A stretch of 64,000 nucleotides of DNA from Rhynchobatus australiae (lineage: Eukaryota): assembly GCA_034780895.1 (NCBI GenBank), contig JAUZTB010000076.1, positions 95,510,482 through 95,574,481 on the forward strand, read 5' to 3'. This document shows positions 24,601 through 37,764 of this stretch, in pieces. A program made the translations under genes and the position numbers. Position 1 is the stretch's first letter, and every line of letters starts with the position of its first letter. The notes under the pieces were generated by a model. The model saw only the letters and a program-made list of their open reading frames with translations. It ran no database searches and was not told the origin of the DNA.

Positions 24601-27600
24601 ATGCTATCTGATGAATAACAAATCTCATACAGCTTCAAGGATAAATTAGCCTCTGGAAATGGTCTCTAGCATTGTGAAATTTGCTGCCCAAGCATGAGTA
24701 GATTATGGAATTATTTTAAGAGTTACTTTTGGGGTCATACATACCATTTGGTCAGTTTTTGTAATGCTGTACAATGTTAGACAAATGTTTTGTTGTTAAT
24801 CTTTATTTTTTGGTTGAATGTACATATTGAAAGGACCACTTTGTATGAGCAGCAGGTATGAAAAAGTCTTGCCATTTCTGGTGCTGGTTTGTCACTGAAT
24901 CTTTCCATGGCCTAGTCTGCCTAGGTAGACATCATATGCACCATANNNNNNNNNNNNNNNNNNNNNNNNNNNNNNNNNNNNNNNNNNNNNNNNNNNNNNN
25001 NNNNNNNNNNNNNNNNNNNNNNNNNNNNNNNNNNNNNNNNNNNNNCACCATATTTGCGGTGAGAAGTGTCAAAATGTACACTAGTTACAATGCCTAATCA
25101 AGCTTTGAAAATTTTAATGTTACCAGTGTCATCCTTCTATTATAGATGTTTTCTTGTAATAATTTTTTGCCCCTCTGCAGTACTTATGCTTTCCATTTTG
25201 AAAGACTGAGGTGGTGGTAGAGCATCTATTGACACTGTTGTGTTTGTATTGGCATCCATATATCTCTAAAAAAAATAAGTGTCAGCCACTGAAATCCACC
25301 AAAATAATAAAAGGCACTTCAAGCAATCACCTATACTGTTGCCAGCAAGAGGTGTTACCTCTTCAAATAGCAGGCAAACCTATGAGTTGTTATAAAGACT
25401 ATTAATCTTTTATTTAAACATATAATAATTGCTGCTACTTGTATTTCTATGGCACTTTTAGTGGAGCATAACATCCACTTTACAGAGCTATTACGCAGTA
25501 AAGAATTAACACCCAGTTGTTTAAGAAGATACTGGGCAGAGTAATGGGTGCTGAGTAACAAGGATTGTTTAAGTTGCTATTTTGGATGACCTCAAGTTTT
25601 CAAGAGATAGAATGAGGGAGCTCGCCAAATATGCATTGAAACAGTCAAGTTTAGAGGCAGGAAAATTGTGGGTCAAGGTTTCAGCTGCATTAAAATTCTA
25701 CAGTGGTTGAAAATAGCCAGTCATGATGCTGACAGGCAGTTACACAATTTAAAGACAGTGGAGGTTCAAAAGTTACCAGTAGATGCATCTACTTCCTGAA
25801 AATGAATTTAAAAAAATTAAGGGGCAGGTGTCTGTCATTCTCTCAAGGCTGTGATTTCAATACAATCACTCACAATAAGTTCATGGAGAGCAGTGGCCTT
25901 ATTCATAAGTGAACATACATTTTGGAGAGAATGAAGTGAGAGGAATGGAAATATTTCTGTGTTATTTAAAATCTAAATGGTGTGAAAAATTAGCTGCTCA
26001 GCATTAAACTGATGAAAATTTGGGATCCCCGTACAATTCAGAAGAGGATAAGAACTTCAGNNNNNNNNNNGAACCACTTAGGTTGCCAATCACAAAAGCT
26101 CTGCAATTTTAAACTGATCAAAATTTAAAGATTTAAGCAATTGAGCAGGAGAGCCAAAGGCACAGCAAATGAGTGCAACTGTGTCGTTTAATGCTGGGTG
26201 TTTGGTGCCCAGAGAATTAGAGGAGTTTGGGATCCAAAACTGAGAAGTGCTCACCTACAGCAAGTAAAAGAGCTTAGGCACAGCACACATGTCTTGTGTT
26301 ACAGGGTAACCTATCCAATTCTGATCTAATTTTGTCTAATTTGGAGGAATCCAGGATTTGTGGAGCCAAGTTTGAGCAGATGTATTGCTTTTCAAAAGAG
26401 CACAATGGAAACTAACAAGAAGTATGGTCAGGCTATGGGCAGTGGGCTCTGCACAGATAGTTTTAAACTTGTAGTTTGAACAAATACAGCTAGTATCAGC
26501 CAGTTGTCTGCGGCTTTGGAAGAAAGGGGGCTAAGAACGAAGGAGGCCATGGAGATTGCAGAAATGGGGAGTTCACTAAGGACCTTTTGAATCATAACTA
26601 ACTTAACTGACATGTTAACTTGCACAAGTTTCAGAGCTGAAGGATCTGTTGCTCGTGTTGTGTCACACACACAGAAAGGGAATCAGCTGACAAATCCTAC
26701 AATATTGAAGTGAACCTACAGCCAATGTGCTTCCCTCATTAAGCACCTTGTTACTAATTTATTGAATTTTCAAACATTTTACAGTTTATTATTTCTACCA
26801 CCTGTCCACTTCACGGTTCACTTTCATTTGTAAATTAATTCTTGCTTTTGTTTTTACTCCCTTAGCTTTATCTTCTGCTGCTTTCCTCCCATGCTATTAC
26901 TTACTTTCCTCATCCCCTTCCTCTTCACAGTGCTTTCACAATTGGAACAATAGAATTTTTAGCATATCTTCCCCCCCCCCCACCAATGCCTTCTCCCCAA
27001 ACTATACTAATTTTTCAAATGAACATTTTCAAAATATGACCAGATCCTTAAACTTTTTTTTAAATCTCATCATTCATGCTGGCATATGACGTTTGGNNNN
27101 NNNNNNNNNNNNNNNNNNNNNNNNNNNNNNNNNNNNNNNNNNNNNNNNNNNNNNNNNNNNNNNNNNNNNNNNNNNNNNNNNNNNNNNNNNNNNNNNGGCA
27201 TATGACGTTTGGTACTCAACTGTCTCAATTTACGAAAGGAATTGATGTATAATGAAGATGCCCGTGAAAGACTAACATACCAAATTGGGAAGCTAATACA
27301 GTTTCAGTGGATAAATAAATATTTTTTAAGAGTTCATGGACAGACTTGAAAATTGGAGTAATACTGCTGATAAACAAAGAACTAGATGAATCTAAGAAGA
27401 AATTTTAAAAAATATGTTTTAAGGTCTTAGCATGCCAAAATGCTTCACTGCCAATGAAACATATGGGTTTATGCACAATTTTTCCCATTGTAAGGCTAAG
27501 AATATCCATAAATAATCAAATGCTTCAGAGCACAATTTCTCAATATTCGCTTGCATTATAATGTATTCACTGGAACACCCCTGTCTGCACCTATCTCCAG

Positions 27601-28093
27601 ACTGAATCCCTGATCTACTACTCTTTCTCACGTGACTCTCCCTATCTCTTGTCTCTTGTTCTACATGTCCTCCAACTGAACAATTGTGTTTAAATCCAAA
27701 CAGCACTTAGCATCTTCAGTGTTAGTCAGGTGGTGGATTTGTACTTAAGATTTGATGGATCTGCTGTGTGGAAGGCAATAGAATAGAGCAGAAAGAACAT
27801 AGCTGATTGGATATAACAGGTGAGTCTGAGGATGGACCAAGCACTATCCACTTAAGTTATGAGCAAGCTGGAAGGTCACAGAGATATTAATACATGGGCC
27901 CAATAATTTATTCATGTAACTTGCTATTTATTTGCCACGCATCTCTTTAAATGTTGTATTGAAAGAATTGCCTGGGTAGTTGAAACTAAGTTCTGTTTTA
28001 ATCTGTATGTGCAAACTAATTATTCTTTTTCAGATCCAGGGAAGTCAAATTGGACTTTCAATGTTAATTTTTTTTGATGTTTTCCTTTCTTAG

Positions 28094-28159
28094 TATTCAG
28101 AAGACATAAAGCATAAAACAACACTTCTTGAACTGCAAAAAATGTTCACATATCTCATG
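28094..28159 (+). CDS. USP34: USP34 exon: YSEDIKHKTTLLELQKMFTYLM
   Basis: tcttag| ... ATG|gtgagt; 66 nt. Confidence 0.95.
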
Positions 28160-28251
28160 GTGAGTAGTTCACTGAATAATAAGAGTTCCAACTGAGAGCA
28201 TTACTTCAGATATGAAAATTAGTTAATTTCTTTTGAAATATCACTACTTAG

Positions 28252-28398
28252 GAAAGTGAACGTAAAGCATATAATCCAAGACCATTTTGCAAAACCTACA
28301 CCATGGACAAACAGCCTTTGAACACTGGAGAACAGAAAGATATGACTGAATTTTTCACCGATCTGATAACAAAAATTGAAGAGATGTCTTCTGATCTG
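28252..28398 (+). CDS. USP34: USP34 exon: ESERKAYNPRPFCK...EQKDMTEFF...EEMSSDL
   Basis: acttag| ... CTG|gtaagc; 147 nt; USP QxD box (EQKDMTEF). Confidence 0.95.
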
Positions 28399-28483
28399 GT
28401 AAGCTTGAAAGTGATTCTTTGCATTTGTTTAATATCAGATAATAAAGGCTATATTTTTCTAAAATTGACTTTTTATTAATTAG

Positions 28484-28540
28484 AAAAACACAGTGAAGAG
28501 CTTATTTGGAGGGGTTATAACGAATAATGTTGTATCACTG
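28484..28540 (+). CDS. USP34: USP34 exon: KNTVKSLFGGVITNNVVSL
   Basis: aattag| ... CTG|gtaagt; 57 nt. Confidence 0.95.
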
Positions 28541-28625
28541 GTAAGTGTTGAATTTTGAGCACCTTTCATTATGAAAATAAATAGTGTTTGTGATAAATAC
28601 TAAACTAACATTTTTTTAAACTCAG

Positions 28626-28703
28626 GATTGTGAACATGTTAGCCAGACAGCTGAGGAATTCTACACAGTTAGATGCCAAGTAGCTGATATGAAAAACATT
28701 TAT
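28626..28703 (+). CDS. USP34: USP34 exon: DCEHVSQTAEEFYTVRCQVADMKNIY
   Basis: actcag| ... TAT|gtaagt; 78 nt. Confidence 0.95.
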
Positions 28704-29245
28704 GTAAGTTATGCCTAATTTCATAATCTTCATTAATAAATTGTTATTTTAGACTGATAAAAATAAAGCTAAATTGAGACCTCTTTAACGTTGAAACTGC
28801 AAGAAAATACAACTTGTCAATATTCTACCTAATGCTCAACTTAATGTTTCAAACAATAGTACATACAATGAGGAATGCTGCTTGAGAACTCTTTTTGAAA
28901 AAATAGAATTTAATAAGAGTTATGTATTTATGTTGTCATTGTTACCTATCTATAGAATTAATGCCTCTTTTAAAAAGTAATTAGCGATAACTCTTAAAGT
29001 ATCCTACAATAGATAAGGGTTCCAGTGCTTTTCTTAAAATAAAGTTCATTTCTCTACATTCAGTGGCTTTCTCATAACTGTGTATTCATGTATTAACAGT
29101 CATTTTGTTATGGTTATATTAAAATTGCAAAGCATGTACTGATGCCACTCAACATTTTAAAATATTTTTAAATTAGTGTAGCATGTCAAACTTGGTGTTA
29201 TTGTATAAAACAGTGCTGATTTTAAATGTATTGTGTTCTTTCTAG

Positions 29246-29340
29246 GAGTCACTTGATGAAGTTACTATTAAAGATACCCTGGAAGGTGATAACATGTATA
29301 CTTGTTCTCAATGTGGGAAGAAAGTACGGGCTGAGAAAAG
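29246..29340 (+). CDS. USP34: USP34 exon: ESLDEVTIKDTLEGDNMYTCSQCGKKVRAEK(R)
   Basis: ttctag| ... AAG|gtttga; 95 nt; CxxC of the USP fingers subdomain. Confidence 0.95.
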
Positions 29341-29767
29341 GTTTGATTCTACAGTAAATAGATCTAGATGTTTTCATTTAATTGTTAATCAGTGATGGCC
29401 TTTATTTCATACCATCATATAACAATGAGCAAGTTGGAAGCTCCAAAACATTCAAATACATGACCACAAATAGAATTTGAGTATTAGATAGCTGGAAAAA
29501 CGTGTAAAACTTTATCAATGTGTTATGGATTGGTTTCAAGGGTACTTCTGTGTAAGCTTTTCCCTGCTCACCACCATTACCATCACAGTATTAGAATGTG
29601 GTATTATCTGTGTAATGGAAAATCAACCAGTAAAAAGTGTTTTACAAGAGGGATAATTGATCTTGTATTTAAAGCGAATGAAATACATCTAAAAATAACA
29701 CTGTGTTACTGAATTCAGTTTCATTATACTATTGCAATGACCAAGTACATTCTGGTACCTTCTTGGT

Positions 29768-29971
29768 GAGTTTGTACATTCTCCCCATGTCTGCGTGGGG
29801 TGCTCCAGTTTCCTCCCACATTCCAAAGAAATACAGGTTAGGAAGTTGTGGGCATGTTATGTTGGCGCGGGAAGCATGGTGACACTTGCGAGCTGCCCTC
29901 AGAACACTCTATGCAAAGATGCATTTCACTGTGCATTTCGATGCACATGTGACTAATAAAGATATCTTATC
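29768..29971 (+). mobile_element. V-SINE, 5'-truncated, with a Rex-type tail
   Basis: V-domain GAGTTTGTACATTCTCCCCATGTCTGCGTGGG...TTTCCTCCCACATTCCAAAG; tail TTTCACTGTG..CGATGCACATGTGACTAATAAA. Confidence 0.7.
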
Positions 29972-30020
29972 AGAAGTATGTAACATCTTCCTTGTGTTTT
30001 TTTTACTTTGTCTTTCACAG

Positions 30021-30193
30021 GGCTTGTTTTAAGAAATTACCACGAATCTTGAGTTTCAATACCATGCGATATACTTTCAATATGGTTACAATGATGAAAG
30101 AGAAAGTCAACACTCATTTCTCTTTTCCCCTCCGTCTTGACATGACCCCATACACTGAAGATTATCTAATGGGCAAAAATGACCGGATCGATG
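30021..30193 (+). CDS. USP34: USP34 exon: ACFKKLPRILSFNTMRYTFN...LDMTPYTEDYLMGKNDRID(G)
   Basis: tcacag| ... GATG|gtactg; 173 nt. Confidence 0.95.
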
Positions 30194-30758
30194 GTACTGC
30201 ACAATGTTATCTAGTTTATTTTAAATCTTTACACCAGATAAAAAAGTAATTTTCATTTATCTTTGGTTTTGGTGTAAAATTCTTCACCTCTGCCTGCAGT
30301 TTTTTAACTAATTTTAGTACCATTATTCCATGATGGTTAACTTGGTTCTCTCATAATGCTCTATATGCTGAAATCAACCGTCAGATGTAGTCTCTAGTAC
30401 GATCACAGTAGGTTTATTGTTACATGCTCTTGTGCGGCTGAAGAGATCAATGATAAACTATTTTTAAAAGAGAAGAAATGTTGTGTAGTATACATTTGTG
30501 CAAGGTTCTTTCTCTAACCCCCACCAGTAAATTTATTTCAGTTTGTTTTACAAGAAACATTTTATTCTTGACGGAAAACAATTCTGTTTGTAGCTTAGGT
30601 AGTTATAAGCTTTGATATCTGTCCCTTTTCTGTGCTGTGATGGAATGAGTTATAAGAGTTTCTTGCTATTGCACCAATTTTCCTTGATTGATCCTCCTCC
30701 ATTTTCGCCTATAAGTTCCCAGTAGTAATGAAGTACAATACTATAAATTTGATTATCG

Positions 30759-30960
30759 GAAGTAAAAAATGGGAAATGCTGGATGTATTNNNNNNNNNNN
30801 NNNNNNNNNNNNNNNNNNATGGGAAAGAGCGAATGCTTTAGATGATGACTTTGCATCAGAATACTTCTAATAAAAGATCATCAACCTAAAACATGAGCTA
30901 TTTTCTCTTTTCACAGATGTTGGTTGACCTGAGTATTTCCAGTATTTTTTGCCTTTTGTT
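30759..30960. mobile_element. Fold-back Penelope-like terminal-repeat element (gapped)
   Basis: GATGATGACTTTGCATCAGAA faces TTCTAATAAAAGATCATCAACCTAAAAC...CACAGATG...GAGTATTTCCAG. Confidence 0.55.
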
Positions 30961-31072
30961 TGAGGACTTTTGGATAATTTAACAACAGAGCAGTTTTTCT
31001 AATTAGGTGTAACCAACTAGCAAATCTGTGGTAAACTGAGCATAACAGTGATGGTTGTAATTATCCTTTTAG

Positions 31073-31223
31073 GTTTGAAAGAGGATGGTAAAGTTAAACA
31101 AAGTGAAAGCTTTGAGTATGATTTGATAGGAGTGACCGTACACACAGGAACAGCAGATGGAGGGCATTACTACAGTTTTATTAGAGAGATTGTGAATCTT
31201 CATGCTTACAAAAACAACAAATG
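31073..31223 (+). CDS. USP34: USP34 exon with catalytic His box: LKEDGKVKQSESFEYDLIGVTVHTGTADGGHYYSFIREIVNLHAYKNNK(W)
   Basis: ttttag| ... ATG|gtaagc; catalytic His CAT at 31165-31167. Confidence 0.97.
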
Positions 31224-31481
31224 GTAAGCTGATCTTTATAGTTCCAATTTTAAAGTCAATTTTGCAAACTAGTTATTAACACAACAAACTTCTGAATTTT
31301 CATTTTGTCACTATTTATTTAGTAAAGGAAACACTCGGATAACAAATATCACCAAAAAATAATTTTGATCACATAAATTAAGTATGTTTTATGCAAAAGT
31401 GTGTCAAACTAACTAGAAATCAGAATGATAAAAGGCTATTAAGTTTGTCTCAGTTGTGGTCATTTAATCTTTTTTTAAAAG

Positions 31482-31560
31482 GTACCTGTTTAATGATGCT
31501 GAGGTAAAACCATTTGATTCTGCCCAACTTGCTTCTGAATGCTTTGGTGGAGAAATGACA
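31482..31560 (+). CDS. USP34: USP34 exon: (W)YLFNDAEVKPFDSAQLASECFGGEMT
   Basis: taaaag| ... ACA|gtaagt; W-x-x-F-N-D motif. Confidence 0.95.
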
Positions 31561-32074
31561 GTAAGTTGCAACTTTTAAAAAAATACGTTATTAAAATCTT
31601 TAAATAAATATAAAGTGCAGTGTTGCACTCTTTATGACATTGTTCATTTGGTCATCATTTATTTTTATCTTGCTTTATTCTTCTATTTGAGCTACTAGAA
31701 ATTAGTGACTGAGAATGTTCTGTTGCAAGTAAATTCTTCTCTGGAAACATCAGTTTGGTTACCATTAAATGGATGGTAACATAATACTGCTCTTAACATA
31801 AGATACATACATCCATTGCAAGATTTACCCATGATTTTTTGTAACTTTACTTTCAACATACTTTTATAAAGAAGAACACTCATGCATTTATAATTTCTCT
31901 TTATATTTCCTTTTTATGTAAACAGTGCTATTAAAGTCCAGTTTCTCAAAAATTCATCTGGACTATGCTCGATCATACCATTTTTAACTGGGACTGATGA
32001 CAGCTAATTGCTGCTGAAGTTATATAAGAATTATGGAAAACTCTATCATGTCCATCTGAGCCAATCACATCTAT

Positions 32075-32570
32075 TTAAACCAATCCTACCTCATGGACCT
32101 TGGTCTGTAGGCCTGTGGGTTGTGACGTTCCAGAGGCTCTTCCAGATGCCTTGTAAATGTGCAAAGCATTACTACCCCACCAGCCTTCCAGGCAGTGACT
32201 TTCAGGTCCTCCTACATCTTTAGGTATTAAAAATCTTCCTTCATTTCCCCTCCAAACCACCTATCAGTTACATTAAATCTGTGTATCCTTGTTATTGACC
32301 TCTCTCAGAGAAGTAGTTCATGTTTACCCTGTTTAAGCCTCGCATCATGTTACGCACCTTGATTAAAAACATTCCCTTAAAAATTAAATCTCCTTAAGAT
32401 TCCTTTAATCTCCTCAAAAGACCATTCCAGCCTAACCATTCACTTCTCAACTCAAATTCTCCAGTCTTGGCAACATTCTTGTAAATTTCCCTTGGGTGTT
32501 CTCTTGTGCTCTCATATCCTCTCTGGAATATAGTGATCAGAATTGTACACCATCTTTTTGTGGCCTAATT
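32075..32570 (-). mobile_element. Old CR1-like LINE 3' fragment
   Basis: CCACCAGCCTTCCAGGCAGTGACTTTCAG and TCCAGTCTTGGCAACATTCTTGTAAAT match the reverse complement of the CR1 ORF2 end also seen at 53348+. Confidence 0.55.
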
Positions 32571-32693
32571 TTTTTTTCCTCCATTTGTATTCATTTCTTC
32601 ACTAAACTGACTCAAATTGGAGTTATCTCTTATTTTCAGAATTAGTAAAATTAATGCATGGCATTGCTCATCTCCTATCAATTATGTCATTTA

Positions 32694-33045
32694 GGGCCAG
32701 CACAGTGGCACGAGTAGAGTTGCTGCCTTAGAACTCCAGTTACCCATGTTCAATCCTGACCTTTGGTGCTATTTGCGTGGAGTTTGCATGTTCTTCTGTA
32801 ACCACATAGGTTTCCCTCAGGGGCTCCGGTTTCCACCCACAACCCAAAGATATGTTAGATTAACTGACCACTGTAAATTGCCCCTGGTGTGCAGGTGAGT
32901 AGTAGAATGTGGTGGTGGGAGGCGGAGTTGATGGAAATGTGGAGAAAATAGGTTGCAGGGAAAAGTAGTGAGGGAGTGAGGTTGTTCTGTGAGCTGTCAT
33001 TGACTTAACAGGCCAAAATTGATTCTTTCTGTGTTGTATGGAAAT
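32694..33045 (+). mobile_element. Full-length V-SINE (HE1-like, tRNA-derived)
   Basis: A-box-like TGGCACGAGTAG, B-box GTTCAATCC, V-domain GTGGAGTTTGCATGTTCT...GGCTCCGGTTTCCACCCACAACCCAAAGA, and a CR1-like tail. Confidence 0.8.
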
Positions 33046-33417
33046 ATACAGGTAGGTATGGATGAGCATAAGTAGTCATTCCTACTGTTGGTTTCTACTG
33101 GGAAGTGCCTGAATGAGGATGGGATTAGCATCAATTGCTTCCTGCACAATTAACATGTAAAAATGACCGGAAAGATTCAATAATTATTGTGAAGTGNNNN
33201 NNNNNNTAGAAATAAGGAATCAACACACCAAAGAAAGGATGGTGGAAATTTTTACATCACAGATTGCAATACATTGTTTGCTATTAAATTATTACTTCAG
33301 GATTACCATGCAATTTGTCCTATAGAACAAATATTAACAATTTAGGGATGGGTGAGGTGTTCTGTAGTTGTCATAATCTTGAATTCTGCAAAAATTTACT
33401 GTTTTTGTTCCATTTAG

Positions 33418-33471
33418 ACCAAAACCTATGATTCTGTCACGGACAAGTTCATGGATTTTTCCTTTGAAAAG
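33418..33471 (+). CDS. USP34: USP34 exon: TKTYDSVTDKFMDFSFEK
   Basis: atttag| ... AAG|gtaaat; 54 nt. Confidence 0.95.
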
Positions 33472-35578
33472 GTAAATAACTCTTATTGGAAATAACTAGC
33501 TGTATACTAAATATATTTACATTTTAATTACATTTTGGGAACAACCATCATTATCTATCAATTGTATATCTTTTGTAACAGCTTCCTTAAAATAACTTTC
33601 CTGTTTCAGTGATGAGAGTATTGTTTGATAGGCAAACACATGAGATTAGAAGGGAAGGCTCAAAAGAATAAATGTCAGAATAAGCTTTAACACTGATAAA
33701 CAAAAAAAGTAGCACCAATATTTGTTCATCCTTCAATTCAATTTGAAAATGTTTTGCCTATAACCTGTGAAAATGAGAACATAGGTTGCTCTCTGCTAAT
33801 CAGATTTAACCCATTGTTCCAGTGGGCCTTTTCATTTTCTGTCACTAATTGATAGCAAAAGGCATTGTACTTGGGAGTAAAGATCAGGTGCACTATTGGA
33901 ATCAGCTGTAGGGGAGAGAGTTGGGGCACAGGTAGGTAATAGAAAGAAAATTGAAAATGGGGAGGAAAACAAATAGGAAAAGATTTGAATATGGATAGGA
34001 CAAAACTAAGGCTGGGAAATTAGTATTTGAGAAAATGTTTGTCGAATAGGCTGAGAACATTATTATTGCTTTTGCAGAATATGTTCAGAAAGTAGTTTGT
34101 AGCATGTAATTTTACTGGCAGAAAGGTGGCCAATATTAATCTGGGTTTTATGGTTGTAACGATGCTGAAACATTGTGTGTTGGGGTCAATTTACGTGAAA
34201 CTGATGGTAATTTCAGGATTTGCATAACTCTGAAATCCTGAAGTTCATATTGATTCGGGCACCCTGCAACTTTCTCTAATGAATTAAGGAACATAAGTAG
34301 AATTAAAATGGATATATGTAATTTGCAAATTATCTTCATAAAATACCATGAAAATGTNNNNNNNNNNNNNNNNNNNNNNNNNNNNNNNNNNNNNNNNNNN
34401 NNNNNNNNNNNNNNNNNNGGAAAAGAGGGTATAGTAGCTTTTAAAAAAATTTCTAATTTGCAAATATCAAAAGATTTTTTAAATTTTCATTTGGTATTTC
34501 ATCATCTACCATCTATTGAGAACTGTTGTGGCACTGTGGTTAAATAATCAAGCCAGTAATCCAGAGGCCTGGACTAACACTCCAAAGAGCAGAGTTCATA
34601 TTCTATTCTTTTTAAATTCAGTTGATAATCTGGAATTTCATAAAAATCTAAGTGTTACTTGCATAGAGAAAGGGGAAGTCCATACCAAGAGTCATTAGAT
34701 TTTTTGCTGTCAACAACGAAATCCAAACAGTTTCAGCCAGTTGTTAAATGTATTTGTTCCAGTTGAGTGGACAAGTACTGATTTGCAGTGTGCATTTTCT
34801 CAGATTCATAATTTCTTACCATTAATCAATTATTATATCTTTGGTTTGTTATTATGAAATCTTGTGAAGGGTGATGTTTATCTTTGATGCAAAAAGTTGT
34901 CTCATTTCCTTCCCCTATCCTAGTGTTGTCTGTGCTCTCCAGTTAAGGATAGTGAGATATTTTTATTTGTGTAAAAAGTGGCAAGGAAAACAGATGCCAG
35001 TAATTTCACTTACAGAGGAAATATACTATCTAGGAGAATAGATATTGTTAGACTTATCGGTTATCTTTTCGCCACCTTTCTTTTAGTGGTATGTTGTGAT
35101 AGGGAAAATAACTACCAACATAAAAGCTTTATTGGAATTGAGGATTGTAGAGAAAAATTGCCTTTGACAGCTCCCATATCTATCCCTCAGACAGTCATTT
35201 ATGCTTCCCACCTACTCATTGTTCCCAACCCTCTACTTTCTGATCACCCCTCCACTCCTACTTCTTTGAGCTATTCATTTAAATTCTGTATCCTGCCCTT
35301 TCCCTTGATTTTCCCACCCATAACCCTCTTTCTATAATTGCATTTTTCACCTCAGTAAATTGTGAGTTGCTGGAGGCACCTTTAGCTTCTCTCATATACT
35401 ATATCTCAGCATGGTTTTGTTTTGTTTTGTTTCAAAGTTCAACATTTAAAATGTAAGTCAAATTAACATGCAGGGAAAAAAACATGGCACAGACTTTGCT
35501 GTGTTTTGCTGGCAGTTTCATATGGAAGTGCTGCCGTTTCTCAGCCTAAGTGTGGGTATGTTTCAGTACTTCTGCACA

Positions 35579-36535
35579 AACCATAAAACAATACAGCACA
35601 TTACAGGCCCTTCAGCCCACAATGTTGTGCTGACCTTTAAACCACACCTAAGACTATCTAACCCCTTCCTCCCACATATCCCCCATTTTAAATTCCTCNN
35701 NNNNNNNNNNNNNNNNNNNNNNNNNNNNNNNNNNNNNNNNNNNNNNNNNNNNNNNNNNNNNNNNNNNNNNNNNNNNNNNNNNNNNNNNNNNNNNNNNNNN
35801 NNNNNNNNNNNNNNNNNNNNNNNNNNNNNNNNNNNNNNNNNNNNNNNNNNNNNNNNNNNNNNNNNNNNNNNNNNNNNNNNNNNNNNNNNNNNNNNNNNNN
35901 NNNNNNNNNNNNNNNNNNNNNNNNNNNNNNNNNNNNNNNNNNNNNNNNNNNNNNNNNNNNNNNNNNNNNNNNNNNNNNNNNNNNNNNNNNNNNNNNNNNN
36001 NNNNNNNNNNNNNNNNNNNNNNNNNNNNNNNNNNNNNNNNNNNNNNNNNNNNNNNNNNNNNNNNNNNNNNNNNNNNNNNNNNNNNNNNNNNNNNNNNNNN
36101 NNNNNNNNNNNNNNNNNNNNNNNNNNNNNNNNNNNNNNNNNNNNNNNNNNNNNNNNNNNNNNNNNNNNNNNNNNNNNNNNNNNNNNNNNNNNNNNNNNNN
36201 NNNNNNNNNNNNNNNNNNNNNNNNNNNNNNNNNNNNNNNNNNNNNNNNNNNNNNNNNNNNNNNNNNNNNNNNNNNNNNNNNNNNNNNNNNNNNNNNNNNN
36301 NNNNNNNNNNNNNNNNNNNNNNNNNNNNNNNNNNNNNNNNNNNNNNNNNNNNNNNNNNNNNNNNNNNNNNNNNNNNNNNNNNNNNNNNNNNNNNNNNNNN
36401 NNNNNNNNNNNNNNNNNNNNNNNNNNNNNNNNNNNNNNNNNNNNNNNNNNNNNNNATGGCTCCTGACCTTCTGGAGAAGTCTACCATGAGGAACTTTATC
36501 AAACGCCTTACTAAAATCCATATAGACCACATAAA
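35579..36535 (-). mobile_element. CR1-like LINE, mostly inside an N-gap
   Basis: 3' tail at 35579; RT motif VVYMDFSKAFDKVPHGRLLQKVRSH at 36456-36535. Confidence 0.8.
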
Positions 36536-37512
36536 ATTCATCATATTCATTGATAACTGGAAGCAGTGTATATTCCATTAGTTTAATTATGGGTAGTGTT
36601 TGGGTAATGAAATGAAAAAATTATAGCGAATGTATATAGAGTGGTGCAATATGGGTTACCATAGAAATGGATGTTTCTGACTTACGGACAAATTGGCTTA
36701 CGGACCATCCTCAGGAAAGGGAACCCAGCATAACCTGGGAGATGCCTGTAGAAAGTATTTTAATTTTTCACTTTTAAAAAAAAATCTAATCCTTAATAGC
36801 TTTTAAAAGACAGCTTCTGGAAGTCGAACTTGAAGAAACGTTGAACAACTTGATGTTTTTCCTGGGCAGCATAGTTGGAATGGGGCATTGCAACCTGGTG
36901 AAGTTTTTCAGTGGGTCGGGATCATTTCAGCCTACCCACCTCAACTGATTATGTTGCTTGAGACCCTGCTATCACTTGGCTCAGGGATCTTGTTGGCTAC
37001 CAGTCTCCAGAATCTGGAAAAGGTAAATTTGGGGGAATTCAAAACAAGGACAGTGGTTAAAGGCTGAGCACTACACACACAAATGAACTTTGATGAAGTT
37101 CCTCCCAGGTACATGTATACATTTGTGACCACATGCATGCACACCTATTGTTCACATACCCTATAATGTTTCTGTTCTCAACACTTTGCAAAAGGCAAAT
37201 CCTTATTTTGCTCCATAGGAATTGTAGTTAGTGAGGCACAATATGGTATATGAAGAAATCTCAGAAAAATATTTATAGAATACTTTGAGTGTTTTAATGA
37301 GAAGTTTGTATGCAATCCCGGTAATGTTTAACGCCTTCAGAATCATAAGTATTCATCTTAATGCCATCTTCTGGCAGAATAGGTAGTTCATTTCAGCATT
37401 TTCCCTGAAGTGTGCACTCTGTGTACTATGCTCAATATATCATTGTTTAATCCTTTAGTTAGAAATGAAATATCTGAGGGTTTTAACTGCTGAAACAATA
37501 TCTTGGTCTTAG

Positions 37513-37608
37513 ACACACAGTGCTTACATGCTGTTCTATAAACGTGTGGAGACAGAAGAAGAAAATGGGAAGGAATACAGCTTTGATGTTTCACCAGAAC
37601 TTTTGGAG
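37513..37608 (+). CDS. USP34: USP34 exon: THSAYMLFYKRVETEEENGKEYSFDVSPELLE (end of USP domain)
   Basis: tcttag| ... GAG|gtaatg; AYMLFY motif; 96 nt. Confidence 0.95.
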
Positions 37609-37764
37609 GTAATGTGATATTTTTACTGACCTATTGACTTCAGCATATTAGAAAAAATTAATGATGTCCAAGGAAAATAATGGAAATGTTTTTAATATTT
37701 ATACAGGCATCTGATATATGACCATAGTGCATCATTCTTAGTCTGGTTAGAGGAAAGTGGGATG

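Noticed and set aside
32694-32770. tRNA-like A and B boxes
   Set aside because: This is a SINE head without a full cloverleaf, not a tRNA gene.
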